A stretch of DNA of 64,000 nt. Origin: an uncultured Thermoleophilia bacterium. GTDB lineage: Bacteria; Actinomycetota; Thermoleophilia; UBA2241. Below the pieces are notes generated by a model, which saw nothing but the letters and a program-made list of their open reading frames with translations, was not told the origin of the DNA and ran no database searches. The translations under genes and the position numbers were made by a program. The DNA is taken from the NCBI GenBank assembly GCA_964533575.1, contig CAZHMG010000002.1, forward strand, positions 13,373 to 77,372. The letters run 5' to 3'. Below are positions 27,254-37,478 of the stretch, piece after piece (the first letter of the stretch is position 1; each line of letters starts with the position of its first letter).

Positions 27254-28951
27254 ATGACGTCAGATCTCACGGCGTTCGCCATCGCGGCCGGCGCGCCCAT
27301 CGTCGTCGTCTTCGTCCTCATGGCGGGACTGCGATGGTCGGCGGCGAGGGCGATGGCGGTGGGATGGGCCATCGCCGCGGTCCTCGGGCTCGCTGTCTGG
27401 CGGATGGAGACGACATGGTTCGCGGCTGCCGTGCTCTACGGGGCGCTGCAGGCGCTGGAGATCGTCGTCATCGTCTTCGGCGCCATCCTGCTCATGAACC
27501 ACCTCGCCGGCAGCGGCGCCATGTCGACGATCCGCTGGCACATCACACGCATCGTCGACGACCATCGCATCCAGGCGCTGCTCATCGGCGCCGGCTTCAT
27601 GATGGTCATCGAGGGGGTGGCAGGCTTCGGGACTCCGGGCGCGCTGGCTGCGCCGCTGTTCATAGGCCTGGGGTTCCCGCCGCTGGGCGCGGCGGTGCTG
27701 GCTCTGGTCTTCAACGGTTCCCAGCCTCCCTTTGGCGCTGCCGGCACGCCGATCATCGGGGGCGTCGGATCGGTGGTCGACGAGCAGATGCTCGGGGAAG
27801 AGGCATCCGTGCCTGCCTTCCTCGATGGGGTCGCGGCCTGGACAGGCGTCATCACGGGCCTGACATGGGTCTTCTGGGGACTGCTGGCGGTCTTCCTCAT
27901 GCTGCTGTGGTCTGGCCACACGGGCGAGCGGGACTTGGCCGGAGCGTTCAAGCGGACGATCCCGGTCGTGCCGTTTGCACTGCTGATCGGCCTCCTGGCG
28001 GGAAGCGTCCAGTTCGCGGCCGGCTGGTTTCTCGGCCCCGAGCTGCCGGACATCATTGCCGGCTTCGTGGTCCTTGGCGCCGGGGCCCTGCTGGCCAGGC
28101 GCGGCGTCATGATGCCGAAGGAGCGGTGGCGGTTCGAGGCCGCCGAACACTGGCCCTCCGCCTGGCTCGGCGGCCTTGAACCTTCGGCTCTGCCTGTCGA
28201 GGCGCCCCGTCGCGAGATGCCCGTACTGCTCGCCTGGACGCCTTACCTGCTCGTCGCGCTCGTGCTCCTCGTGACGCGCTGGCCTGGCCTCGGCATGGCC
28301 GAACAGCTGCGCGCCGTGAGCCTGGATGTGCAGAGACTCCTCGGACAGGATCTTACCTACTCCCTGCGGGTGCTCTACCTCCCGGGGGTGATCCCGTTCA
28401 TTCCGGTCGTGCTCCTCACCGGCCTCATCCATCGCATGCGCCGGGGCGAGATCGCACAAGCGTGGAAGCGCTCCCTGCGCCAAGTCGTCGCGCCGACGGT
28501 GACGCTGGTGATCGCCGTGTCGATGGCCCAGGTGATGATCCAGTCGGCGACGAATCAGCGTGATCTGCCAGGAATGATGGAGGCGTTGTCGCGTGTCCTG
28601 GCTGCGGGGGCGGGCAGCATGCTGCCCTTCGTGGCGCCGTGGATCGGGACGCTCGGCGCCTTCGTCACCGGCAGCAACACCTCGTCCAACATCCTGTTCA
28701 CGGTTCTTCAGATGGACGCGGCCCGGGAAATCGGGGTGCCGCGGACCATCGTGGTCGCCCTGCAGAACGCAGGAGGCGGCATCGGAAACATGATCTCGGT
28801 GCTCAACATCGCGGCGCTGTCGGCCGTCCTCGGCATGAGCGGACAGGAGGGGCGGATCCTCCGCCGTACCGTCGTCCCCACCGCGATCTCGGCCGCCTTT
28901 GCGGGCCTTGTCGGGCTCCTCTTGGCTGCGGTCTTCGTTCATGTCTACTGA
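27254..28951 (+). CDS. L-lactate permease (LctP family)
   Basis: ATG 27254 after GGGGAGGGGAGGACGAGACGGGGG; ~12-14 TM helices; typical LctP length. Confidence 0.75.
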   Translation: MTSDLTAFAIAAGAPIVVVFVLMAGLRWSAARAMAVGWAIAAVLGLAVWRMETTWFAAAVLYGALQALEIVVIVFGAILLMNHLAGSGAMSTIRWHITRIVDDHRIQALLIGAGFMMVIEGVAGFGTPGALAAPLFIGLGFPPLGAAVLALVFNGSQPPFGAAGTPIIGGVGSVVDEQMLGEEASVPAFLDGVAAWTGVITGLTWVFWGLLAVFLMLLWSGHTGERDLAGAFKRTIPVVPFALLIGLLAGSVQFAAGWFLGPELPDIIAGFVVLGAGALLARRGVMMPKERWRFEAAEHWPSAWLGGLEPSALPVEAPRREMPVLLAWTPYLLVALVLLVTRWPGLGMAEQLRAVSLDVQRLLGQDLTYSLRVLYLPGVIPFIPVVLLTGLIHRMRRGEIAQAWKRSLRQVVAPTVTLVIAVSMAQVMIQSATNQRDLPGMMEALSRVLAAGAGSMLPFVAPWIGTLGAFVTGSNTSSNILFTVLQMDAAREIGVPRTIVVALQNAGGGIGNMISVLNIAALSAVLGMSGQEGRILRRTVVPTAISAAFAGLVGLLLAAVFVHVY

Positions 28952-29068
28952 AGAGGGCGCTGCGGCCACGCGCCGGAGGGGGCGCGCGCCATCTCAATCT
29001 GTTTGACGCCGGGAAAGAAGCGGTTGAACGGGTAACCCGGCGGGTGGCACCCGCCTTCGACGAAGGAT

Positions 29069-29476
29069 GTGAATGGCATGGCGACCTTAGGCGAGTTTCC
29101 GGTGACGGCGGTGCTGCGGGCGGAGAACATGGAGCGGGCACGCAGGTTCTATGCGGACGTGCTAGGGCTCGCGAGACAGGAGCGTGCGGGCGCAACGAGC
29201 GAGGGCGTTTTTCTGGCTGGCTCAGGGACGGGACTCATGCTGTACGAGCGGCCGGGCATGCCGGCGCCGCAGAACACGACGCTCGGCTTTGAGGTTCCCG
29301 ACGATCGGTTCGACGAGATCCTCGACGATCTGCGCGGCAAGGGCGTGACGTTCGAGGAATACGACCTTCCGGACATCGGGCTCAAGACGGTGAACGGAGT
29401 GGCCGAGTTCGACGGGATGAAGGTCGTCTGGTTCAAGGATTCGGAGGGCAACATCATCAGCGTCGGTACGATGTGA
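29069..29476 (+). CDS. VOC/glyoxalase-bleomycin-resistance-fold protein
   Basis: 135 aa, betaalphabetabetabeta module pattern (..AVLRAENMERARRFYADVLGL.. / ..VVWFKDSEGNIISV..). Confidence 0.65.
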   Translation: MNGMATLGEFPVTAVLRAENMERARRFYADVLGLARQERAGATSEGVFLAGSGTGLMLYERPGMPAPQNTTLGFEVPDDRFDEILDDLRGKGVTFEEYDLPDIGLKTVNGVAEFDGMKVVWFKDSEGNIISVGTM

Positions 29477-29513
29477 TGTGACTGCCCGACACGGCTCTCG
29501 CGCAGGCGGCCCC

Positions 29514-30335
29514 CTACTTGGCCGTCTGCGCGAGGTGCGCGAAGAGTCCGAGGTGGTCAGACGGGAAGATGCGGGGATCGTCGGGAGACGGACGGTCGAA
29601 CAGCACCCTGCAGTCGCACACGTCGATCCCTTCGTCGACGAGGACGTAGTCGACGGTTCCTCCGTACCGTATTTTCCGGTGCAGCCGCACAAGTCCGTTT
29701 GCCTCGAGCACGGCGTGCCGGCTCCAGTGACGCATGCCGGGGCCCCGGCGCAGCATCGTGGGGTACGTGAGCAGCGGCTCGGCACCGTGCTTGAGCCGAT
29801 GGGCCGACGCGAAACGTTCAGCGAATGTGCGCAAGGTGCGCGATTCCGGCGAGGCGTTGAAGTCGCCGCAGACGACCGCCGGGGCGTCGTCGGGTATCCA
29901 GCCGAGAAGCTCTTCCGCCTGCTGCACTCGCGGCGACTCGTTCACCGGATTCCAGTAGAGGTGCGTATTGACGAAGTGCCAGCGGACGCCGTCCCCGCCG
30001 AGTGAGACTCGCTGCGCCAGCCTGCCCTGGGCCCTGAACGTCAGCACGTCGTAGTCCGTTATGTCCAGCGTCGTCAGGACCGCGAGCGAATCGCTGGCCG
30101 GGTGCTCGGTGCCGCGAGCGAGCAGCACCTCGTACCCGCTGAGTCGCTCCGCCAGCCAGTGAGCGCTGCTCTGGGCGCCGCCGAGCCCTCCTGGCGATGT
30201 TGCGAGGGAGACCTCCTGCAACGCCACGACGTCCGGCCGGATGTCGTGCAGCTCCTGGAGGATGAGCGGCGCCCGCTCCTCCCAGTGGAGCAGATCGTCG
30301 AGGATGTTGAGGGTCACCACAGTGAGTGTCGTCAT
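29514..30335 (-). CDS. endonuclease/exonuclease/phosphatase (EEP) family protein
   Basis: ..VVTLNI.. N-terminal and ..VCGDFNASP.. / ..SDHLGLFA.. C-terminal EEP catalytic motifs. Confidence 0.7.
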   Translation of the reverse strand: MTTLTVVTLNILDDLLHWEERAPLILQELHDIRPDVVALQEVSLATSPGGLGGAQSSAHWLAERLSGYEVLLARGTEHPASDSLAVLTTLDITDYDVLTFRAQGRLAQRVSLGGDGVRWHFVNTHLYWNPVNESPRVQQAEELLGWIPDDAPAVVCGDFNASPESRTLRTFAERFASAHRLKHGAEPLLTYPTMLRRGPGMRHWSRHAVLEANGLVRLHRKIRYGGTVDYVLVDEGIDVCDCRVLFDRPSPDDPRIFPSDHLGLFAHLAQTAK

Positions 30336-30477
30336 GGCGTCCTCAGTATCCCACGCTCGAAACCCGACGAGCTACAACAGTGAGACTCCGCCCAGGTCTT
30401 CTCCCGCGGCGATCGGTCGGCGGCGGAACTGGAGGCGACCGAGAAGACGAGGCCGAGGCAGGAAAAGGAAATATGCC

Positions 30478-30506
30478 TTGACGTCAAGATAGGTATCTTG
30501 ATAGAA
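30478..30506 (+). promoter_or_regulatory. candidate MarR operator/promoter: palindromes TTGACGTCAA and CAAGATA-GG-TATCTTG; TTGACG-N17-ATAGAA
   Basis: AT-rich island in the divergent gap between EEP gene and marR; overlapping perfect inverted repeats 30478-30500. Confidence 0.4.
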
Positions 30507-30559
30507 AGGGAATACTGCATCGCCGGTCGGGACGGACGGCAAACCTGGAAAGGGGCGGC

Positions 30560-31000
30560 GTGGAAGGACCGCAAGGCGTCACACTGTGGCTCGCTCTCTG
30601 GCGCCTAGCGCACGATATCGAGCGCCTCGCCCAGACGGACATCGCCGGTCTGGGCTTGTGCCTGACCGACTTCGCGGTGCTGGAGGCGCTGATGCACCGC
30701 GGACCGCTGCGCGTCAACATCATCGCCGAGAGCGTCATGCTCACCAGCGGATCGATGACGACGGCCGTCGACCGTCTTGCGGACAAGGGGCTCGTTCGCC
30801 GGACACCATCGCCGGACGACGCCCGCGCGAGACTGGTCGAGTTAACGGATCGGGGTCGGGCGCTCATCGAGCCCGCGTTTGCCGCTCACGCGGGCACGAT
30901 CGAGCGGGCCTTCGCCCCTCTGGACGGGGAAGAGCGGGAGGCGTTCCTCAGAGCGCTCCTCAAGCTGCGCCACACGGTGCGCACGGAAGTGCGGGCATGA
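30560..31000 (+). CDS. MarR-family transcriptional regulator
   Basis: winged-helix segment ..LTDFAVLEALMHRGPLRVNIIAESVMLTSGSMTTAVDRLADKGLVRRTPSPDDARARLVELTDRGRAL.. Confidence 0.8.
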   Translation: MEGPQGVTLWLALWRLAHDIERLAQTDIAGLGLCLTDFAVLEALMHRGPLRVNIIAESVMLTSGSMTTAVDRLADKGLVRRTPSPDDARARLVELTDRGRALIEPAFAAHAGTIERAFAPLDGEEREAFLRALLKLRHTVRTEVRA

Positions 31001-31782
31001 CGCCGCCGCCACAAGCCGGACGCATGCCGGCGCTCTTCCTTGCGCACGGCAATCCCATGAACGCCCTGGCCGACGACGAGTTCACGCGGGCCCTGCGGCG
31101 CCTCGCTGACGAATTGCCGCGTCCGAGGGCGATCCTGGTCGTCTCGGCGCACTGGCTCACGCGCGGCACGCGCGTGCTGAGTGCGCCGTCACCGCGCACC
31201 ATCCACGACTTCACGGGCTTCTCGCCGTCGCTGTACAAGGTGGAGTATCCGGCGCCGGGCGCGCCGGATGTCGCCGACGAGGTGAGTGCGCTTCTGCCGG
31301 AGGCGGCGTCCGACGGGACCTGGGGTCTCGATCACGCCGCCTGGACGGTGCTGCGCCACATGTGGCCGGCCGCGGAGGTGCCGACCCTCGAGCTCTCACT
31401 CGACATGACGGCGCCGCCGTCGGTGCACTGGGGATTGGGCCGTCGCCTCGCCCCGCTGCGCGACGGCGGCGTGCTCGTGGTTGGCAGCGGCAACATCGTG
31501 CACAGCTTCGCCGGCGTGAGCTGGGAGCCCGACGCCGTGCCGCACGCTTGGGCGCGGGAGTTCGACGCCCATGTCGCCGAGGCGCTGCGTCTCGGCGACC
31601 GGGACGCGCTGGTTGACTACGAGCATGCCGGCGCGTCCGCCCGGCTGTCGGTCCCAACGACCGATCACTACCTGCCGCTGCTGTACCCGGCCGCGATGCG
31701 CGATGCAGCCGATGGTGTCACGTTCCCGTACGAGGGTATCGACATGGCCTCGATGTCGATGCGCTGCGTGCGGTTCGGATGA
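30997..31782 (+). CDS. class III extradiol dioxygenase (4,5-DOPA dioxygenase/YgiD-like)
   Basis: ATG overlaps marR stop (ATGA); ..ALFLAHGNPMNAL.. ..VVSAHW.. ..GSGNIVH.. motifs. Confidence 0.75.
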   Translation: MTPPPQAGRMPALFLAHGNPMNALADDEFTRALRRLADELPRPRAILVVSAHWLTRGTRVLSAPSPRTIHDFTGFSPSLYKVEYPAPGAPDVADEVSALLPEAASDGTWGLDHAAWTVLRHMWPAAEVPTLELSLDMTAPPSVHWGLGRRLAPLRDGGVLVVGSGNIVHSFAGVSWEPDAVPHAWAREFDAHVAEALRLGDRDALVDYEHAGASARLSVPTTDHYLPLLYPAAMRDAADGVTFPYEGIDMASMSMRCVRFG

Positions 31783-31794
31783 AGGGAGATTCTC

Positions 31795-32667
31795 ATGAGC
31801 ACTATTCGTCCAGTGGAGGTCACCGTCCAGAGTCGGCCGACGCGCGAAGGCGCGGGGGTCCGCCTGCGCCGCGCATTCGGCTTCGGCCAGGAGACTCGCT
31901 TCGACCCGTTCCTGATGCTCGACGACTTCCGCGGCGACGATCCGGCGGAGTTCGAGGCCGGGTTTCCCTGGCATCCCCATCGCGGCATTGAGACGATCAC
32001 GTACGTGCTCGAGGGCGAGGTGGCCCATGGCGACTCGATGGGGAACCACGGCACCATCGGCGCCGGCGACGTGCAGTGGATGACGGCCGGCAGCGGCATC
32101 GTGCATCAGGAGATGCCGCGCGGCACGACGCAGGGGCGCATGGGCGGGTTCCAGCTTTGGGCGAACCTGCCGGCCCGGCAGAAGATGATGGATCCGCGCT
32201 ACTGTGGCATCGACGCGGGCGACATACCCGTCGCCGAGTCGACCGGCGTGCGCGTGCGAGTGATCGCGGGCCGGGTCGGTGATGTGGCGGGGCCCGTGCG
32301 CGACATCATGATCGAGCCGGAGTACCTGGACGTCGCCCTCGAACCCAACGTCGTGTGGACGCATCCGACGACGCCCGGGCACACGGTCTTCGCCTATCTG
32401 TTCGAGGGCGAGACGCGGTTCGGCGAGCTGGGGGAGCCCGTCAGCGCCGATCCGGGACGTCTCGTCCTTTTCGGCGACGGCGACCTCGTCCTGGCGACGG
32501 CCGGAGCATCCGGGGCGCGCTTCCTGCTCGTCGCGGGAAAGCCGCTTCGGGAACCAATCGCCTGGCGCGGTCCCGTCGTCATGAACACGCGCCAGGAACT
32601 TGACGAGGCCTGGCGCGAGCTTGACGCCGGGACGTTCGTGAAGCACGCCGCTGGTAAGGCCGGGTAA
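31795..32667 (+). CDS. pirin-family protein (bicupin)
   Basis: ..GFPWHPHRGIETITYVLEGEVAHGDSMGN.. metal-binding cupin motif, second cupin in C-terminal half. Confidence 0.8.
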   Translation: MSTIRPVEVTVQSRPTREGAGVRLRRAFGFGQETRFDPFLMLDDFRGDDPAEFEAGFPWHPHRGIETITYVLEGEVAHGDSMGNHGTIGAGDVQWMTAGSGIVHQEMPRGTTQGRMGGFQLWANLPARQKMMDPRYCGIDAGDIPVAESTGVRVRVIAGRVGDVAGPVRDIMIEPEYLDVALEPNVVWTHPTTPGHTVFAYLFEGETRFGELGEPVSADPGRLVLFGDGDLVLATAGASGARFLLVAGKPLREPIAWRGPVVMNTRQELDEAWRELDAGTFVKHAAGKAG

Positions 32668-32723
32668 CGTCCCGGTTCACGCGATCGGCGTCCCGTCTCG
32701 ACAGGGGTAGCTCGCGGACCGAC

Positions 32724-33119
32724 TTACACGCTGCGGTTCGGAGACCTGCCGGTGGCCTTCCGAAAGAGGAAGAGCGGGAGGATGACGGCCGCCAGCACGC
32801 TTCCCAGCCAAACGATCAGCGCGCCGATGAGCCACGTGCTGAAGCCGCTGATCGTCAGTCCGTCGCTGAGCCACGCTGCGAGGATGAGCCCGACCAAGGT
32901 GGTCACCAGGGCCACTCCACCCCGCAGCGCGGGAGCGTTCTTGAGCGAGATCTTGGTCATCAGAGGCTCCACGACGATCTCGATTGCAGTGAAGATCAGC
33001 ACGACGGCCACGAAGGTCCAGGCGTCGATCGAGAAGCCGTCCAGAATCAGGGCAGCTATCAGCAGGCCCGCGGCATTGGCCAGCAGATGAAGAGCAATCG
33101 AGGCAAGGAATCTGATCAT
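32724..33119 (-). CDS. holin-family membrane protein (Phage_holin_4_2-like, chromosomal)
   Basis: 131 aa, four hydrophobic helices, MIRFLASIALHLLANAAGLLIAALIL.. typical of this family. Confidence 0.55.
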   Translation of the reverse strand: MIRFLASIALHLLANAAGLLIAALILDGFSIDAWTFVAVVLIFTAIEIVVEPLMTKISLKNAPALRGGVALVTTLVGLILAAWLSDGLTISGFSTWLIGALIVWLGSVLAAVILPLFLFRKATGRSPNRSV

Positions 33120-33355
33120 GTCGTGTGTCCTTCCGATCCTTCTCGAAGCAGAGACGTTGATGGCCGCACGATGCCCGGAACAGAGCCGTACTACTCATCG
33201 CGGTGGCTCCGTGGGTCTCGTCCCCAGCGACGCGGCGGTCGCCTTGCGTGCTCATGATCCAGCCGCAGGCCGGGTTGCCGCCGGGCGGCCGGGGAGCCGG
33301 CTCGGCGACGTCGGCCCCTCGCGTTCGCCGGGCAGGACGCGATCGTTGGGTCCGC

Positions 33356-34255
33356 CTACTTCGCGCGGTAGTGTGCCAGAGCCGCCCCCTCCGCGTCCCT
33401 CAGCCAGAGCTCGTCGCCCTCGATGGAGTACACGGCGGTCTTGGGAAGCGCCGCCAGGTACGCGGCCTCCTGTCTCATCAGGTTCTCCGGTCCAGCCATC
33501 TTGGTTGTGACGATCTGCTCGTCGATCGTCATCGCCTCGCCCGCCGTCGTGAAGGTGGTCGAGTAGCGGTTGACGCTCGCGGTGCCAGAGAGACTCCCGT
33601 CCGTGCCGAACACCGCCGTCATCTCGCCGTCCGCGGCCGGCGACTGCAGGCCTCCCTTGCCGTTGTTGTAGGCGAGGGCCTGCCACTCGGTGCCCTCGAG
33701 GACCGTAGGCTCGAGCACCGCGTAGCGCACGAGGACGTTGCCGGCACCGTCTGACAGCGTGAGCGAGTCGTCGGTGGCGGAGAAGGTCGTCGCCTTCATC
33801 AGGGCCGCGAAGTAGGCGGCCTCCTGGTCCATCGCCTTCTGAGGACCGGCTATCAGCGTCGAGGCGGGCTGCGAGACCGCGATGCCGTTGGGATCGCTCA
33901 CCGTGTAACCCGCGGAGTAGCGGTTGATGCCGCCGGATCCGGAGACCGTGCCGGCGCTGAACTCGGCGCTGACTTGCGCGTCCTCAACCAGTTCGTTCAC
34001 GCCGGCGATCTGCGTGGCCTTCCAGACCTTCCCTTCAAGGCCGGCGCCGGCGCCGGCGGAGCCGCTCGGGCTCGGGTTGGATCCGCCGGACGAGCACGCG
34101 GCGAGGGTGACGACGGCCAGGGAGCAGAGACCGAGCGCTGCGAACGACAGCCCTGAACGGGCCGCCAACCTCCTGATGCCGTGGCGGCCGACCGGCCTGG
34201 TTGCGCTGATTGGGCGTTCCACTAGACCTCCCCTGGTGTGCGCGAGCTGCGTCAT
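33356..34255 (-). CDS. lipoprotein with tandem META (DUF306/HslJ-like) domains
   Basis: signal peptide with lipobox LAACSSG; two repeated ..QEAAYFAAL.. / ..QEAAYLAAL.. META modules. Confidence 0.65.
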   Translation of the reverse strand: MTQLAHTRGGLVERPISATRPVGRHGIRRLAARSGLSFAALGLCSLAVVTLAACSSGGSNPSPSGSAGAGAGLEGKVWKATQIAGVNELVEDAQVSAEFSAGTVSGSGGINRYSAGYTVSDPNGIAVSQPASTLIAGPQKAMDQEAAYFAALMKATTFSATDDSLTLSDGAGNVLVRYAVLEPTVLEGTEWQALAYNNGKGGLQSPAADGEMTAVFGTDGSLSGTASVNRYSTTFTTAGEAMTIDEQIVTTKMAGPENLMRQEAAYLAALPKTAVYSIEGDELWLRDAEGAALAHYRAK

Positions 34256-34691
34256 GGCTTACGGGGTCACACTGTCGAACCAGAACTCGAAGTCGTCGAG
34301 CACGCTGAACAAGCGCTGAGCATGGAGGCGCCGCCGTCGATCGCGGGTTGGCGGCAAAGCGGCCCCGCGTGAAGTTGAGCACGCCCCTGTGGACCTCGAT
34401 CCTACAACGTTCGTCAATGTCAGTGACGGCTAGGTCAAGCGTCAGGTTCGCGCCCGCGGCGCGCTCGCCGTTGAGCCGGATGGGCAGGAAGTCGAGCTCT
34501 CGGCCATGCACAAGGCGCGGAACTGGCGGAAGCAGACGGTGAACTCCGCCGGCGCCTCCGCGCCGGGCGCCATCTGAAGCTCGATCTCGACGCCGTTCAC
34601 AGACCAGTCCAGACCGCAGGCGGGCCCACGTGCTCCGGGGCCGCATTGGTGTGGCCGATGAGGTCGTATCGAGCGTGCATAACGGCTCCTC

Positions 34692-35606
34692 TCAGTCGAT
34701 CAAGGCAGGATCCGTCGTGAGCTCCACGTTGAGCCAGAAGAGGTACGGCAGCTCGGCGAGCCGCCGGTAGAGGGCGTGCCGCACGCGGTCCACGTCGGCG
34801 GTGTCCCAGCGGCCGGCCTCGACCAGGTAGTCGACCTCGACATAGACCTTGGCGCCCAGCTTCTGGATGCGCACGAGGGGCTCGGGCAGACCCACGTCGG
34901 CGCTGACCTCGGCGACCACCGCGCGGATCGGCGCCTGGATCGTCTTCGGCGGGGCCCCCTCCATGAGCTCGCGCATCGTCGTACGCAGCATACGCACGGG
35001 GGCGGGCAGGATGAGGGCGCAGGCGACGAGGACGAGCACGGGATCGATGTAGGGAACGACGACAGCCCAGCTCGTGCGTTGCAGTCCGAGCATGGCGCCG
35101 AACGCGACGAGCATGCCGATCTCGAGCGCGATTCCCGACAGCCACTGGACGGCCTCTGCCCGCACCAGGTCGGAGCGTACCGCCTGGGGTCGCAGCAGCC
35201 TGTAGATGACCAGCGATGCCGCCACCGTCAGGGCCGCGTAGACCATGGCCCAGCCGGCGATGACATCGCTCCCTCCGTCGACGATGGTCAGGAGCGAGGA
35301 GACGACGGCGTACGCGCAGATGCCGCCCAGGGCTACTCCCTGGACGCCGACCACTATGGGCGCCAGCGCCTCGCGGCCAAACGGAAAGCGCGCCGTGGGG
35401 CCGGCCGCGACCAGGCGCGAAGCGTGCAGCGAGAGCCCGGAGAGTACGACGCCGAGCGCGCCGTAGACGCCGTCGAAGAGGACGAGTTGCGAGCGCACGG
35501 CGAGGCCCCATACGACGCCGAGCACGCCCAACGTCAGCGTTCCGATCAACGAGACGAGGAGCGCCGTCTGCTCGCTCGCGGCGCCTGTCGTGCCGAGTCT
35601 GGGCAA
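34692..35606 (-). CDS. cation diffusion facilitator (CDF) family transporter
   Basis: six TM helices followed by cytoplasmic domain; ..AVQWLSGIALEIGMLVAFG.. / ..VEVDYLVEAGR.. typical CDF layout. Confidence 0.7.
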   Translation of the reverse strand: MPRLGTTGAASEQTALLVSLIGTLTLGVLGVVWGLAVRSQLVLFDGVYGALGVVLSGLSLHASRLVAAGPTARFPFGREALAPIVVGVQGVALGGICAYAVVSSLLTIVDGGSDVIAGWAMVYAALTVAASLVIYRLLRPQAVRSDLVRAEAVQWLSGIALEIGMLVAFGAMLGLQRTSWAVVVPYIDPVLVLVACALILPAPVRMLRTTMRELMEGAPPKTIQAPIRAVVAEVSADVGLPEPLVRIQKLGAKVYVEVDYLVEAGRWDTADVDRVRHALYRRLAELPYLFWLNVELTTDPALID

Positions 35607-35686
35607 TGGGATCGGGACTCCTCAGGGCGGGTGTTCGCTGCCGGACCAGTCTACAGGGGGACACCCGCGCCCGGGATTGAGCGCCG

Positions 35687-36403
35687 TCAGAACCCGACGT
35701 TCTGCGGGAGTGTGAACATGACCGCGGTCGCCGCCACCCACACGAGCACGGCGAGGATGAGCACGGCCCGTCTCACGTTCACTGCCTGGACCCTGCTGGC
35801 GATGCCCGCGAAGAAGAGCACAGTGGCGAACAGCACGGTCGTGAGGACGAAGTTGTCCGAGATCTGATTGGCCCGGAGGCTGGCTTGCGTGCGATCCTCA
35901 GCTTCCGCGAGGAGCCGCTGCGCTTCGGCGTTCGCCGCGAGCTTGTACTCAGGGCGCTGGAAGGGTGTGCCTTCAGGGATGGTTCCTGCCGGTGCGCTGG
36001 CCAGCCATGCCGCGAAGGCGGGCTTGAACTCCGCACGGAAGCGGGCCTCAAGGAACGCGGCACGCCTCGCGTCCTTCTCGCTGAGGGCCGTGACCCAGTC
36101 CGTGAAGACCTGCACATCGACGGCAGTCTCGGTGTTCGCCCTGTTCGAGAGCCGGGTCGACTCCGTGCGCATCGCCGACGCCTGACCGGCGCTGATCGCC
36201 TGCTCACCCGACCAGCGCGTCGCTTCGTAGGCGCTCCAGGCCGACGATACGGTCGCGAGAGAGAGGACGACCACCGCCAAGACCTCGACGGTCTGGGCTA
36301 TGCGGTGACGTCTGAGCGTCTGAGCCGGTGTCTCTGGCTGTTCGGGTGCCTCGGCATCGTCGCCCCACAGCGAGTCGCCGCGGTCCGCATCTGTCTCGGT
36401 CAC
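35687..36403 (-). CDS. hypothetical membrane protein (DUF4337-like)
   Basis: acidic N-terminus, one TM, long helical region, C-terminal TM pair. Confidence 0.5.
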   Translation of the reverse strand: MTETDADRGDSLWGDDAEAPEQPETPAQTLRRHRIAQTVEVLAVVVLSLATVSSAWSAYEATRWSGEQAISAGQASAMRTESTRLSNRANTETAVDVQVFTDWVTALSEKDARRAAFLEARFRAEFKPAFAAWLASAPAGTIPEGTPFQRPEYKLAANAEAQRLLAEAEDRTQASLRANQISDNFVLTTVLFATVLFFAGIASRVQAVNVRRAVLILAVLVWVAATAVMFTLPQNVGF

Positions 36404-36605
36404 GTGGCAACCCCTGGATGGATGTGATCTTCAGGCGTCGGCTTTGCCCCGACCGCGCCGGCCCGCCATGCGGGCTGCTTCGCGCCAACGGAAGGTTACC
36501 ACGTGGATAGCGCGGACGAGGAATCCCACTCCCGGGTGCGAAATGGTGCTCAGCACTTACGGGTTACGACCGTCAGCGACCACTCCGACTCCTGGATCGA
36601 TCTCG

Positions 36606-37478
36606 ATGGCCGAGCAATCAAACGAGCTCAAGAACACCACATACGAGGTGTTCATGGCCGCGCTCTCGGTGCTGTCCATCGTCAACATCGGGCTGATGTA
36701 CCTGATCCGCGATCCGGTCGCGGACGCAGTCGTGGACATCATGAACGGCTTCTTCACGGTTCTGTTCCTCCTCGACTTCGGCTATCGGATTGCCACGGCC
36801 GAGTCGAAGCTGGGGTACTTCCTGCGCGGCTTCGGCTGGGCCGATCTGCTCGCGTGCCTCCCGATGCCTCAGTTCAAGGTGCTCAGGCTGTTCCGCCTCG
36901 TCAGGGTCGTGCGTCTGCTGCGGCGCGTGGGGCCTACGAACATCGTCCGGCAGTTCACCGCAAACCCGGCCAGCAGCGCGCTGCTCAGCGTGCTCCTGCT
37001 GCTCTTCCTCCTCCTGGAGTTTGGCGGGCTGGCTATGGTGGCGGCAGAGAAGGGCGCCGCGGGCGCGAACATCACCTCAGCCTCCGACTCCATCTGGTAC
37101 ACCTACGTGACCATGACCACGGTGGGGTACGGCGACATGTACCCCGTGACTGACGGGGGTCGTATCATCGGCATGATCATCATGGCGGCAGGGGTGGGTC
37201 TCTTCGGTACGCTCACCGGATTCCTCTCGAATGCCTTCCTGTCGCCGAACAGGCGGAAGAAGCGGCTGGTCAAGCGGGAGGGGGCCGCCGTCACGGCGGC
37301 CGGTCCCGCCACGACACTCGCCGAGCTCAAGCAGCTCGCGGCTGCCTCGCGGGCGTCACAAGACGAGCTCGAGGCGAAGCTGAGCGAGCTCGAGCTGCAG
37401 CTCGCCGAGAAGCTCGCGGCAGGAAGACCGCCTGACGCCTCCGGCGGTCCCTCGGCGCCCGCCGCCGCGCCCTCCTGA
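36606..37478 (+). CDS. voltage-sensor-containing potassium channel (ion_trans family)
   Basis: S4-like RLFRLVRVVRLLRRV arginine ladder and TVGYGD K+ selectivity filter; C-terminal coiled coil. Confidence 0.8.
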   Translation: MAEQSNELKNTTYEVFMAALSVLSIVNIGLMYLIRDPVADAVVDIMNGFFTVLFLLDFGYRIATAESKLGYFLRGFGWADLLACLPMPQFKVLRLFRLVRVVRLLRRVGPTNIVRQFTANPASSALLSVLLLLFLLLEFGGLAMVAAEKGAAGANITSASDSIWYTYVTMTTVGYGDMYPVTDGGRIIGMIIMAAGVGLFGTLTGFLSNAFLSPNRRKKRLVKREGAAVTAAGPATTLAELKQLAAASRASQDELEAKLSELELQLAEKLAAGRPPDASGGPSAPAAAPS

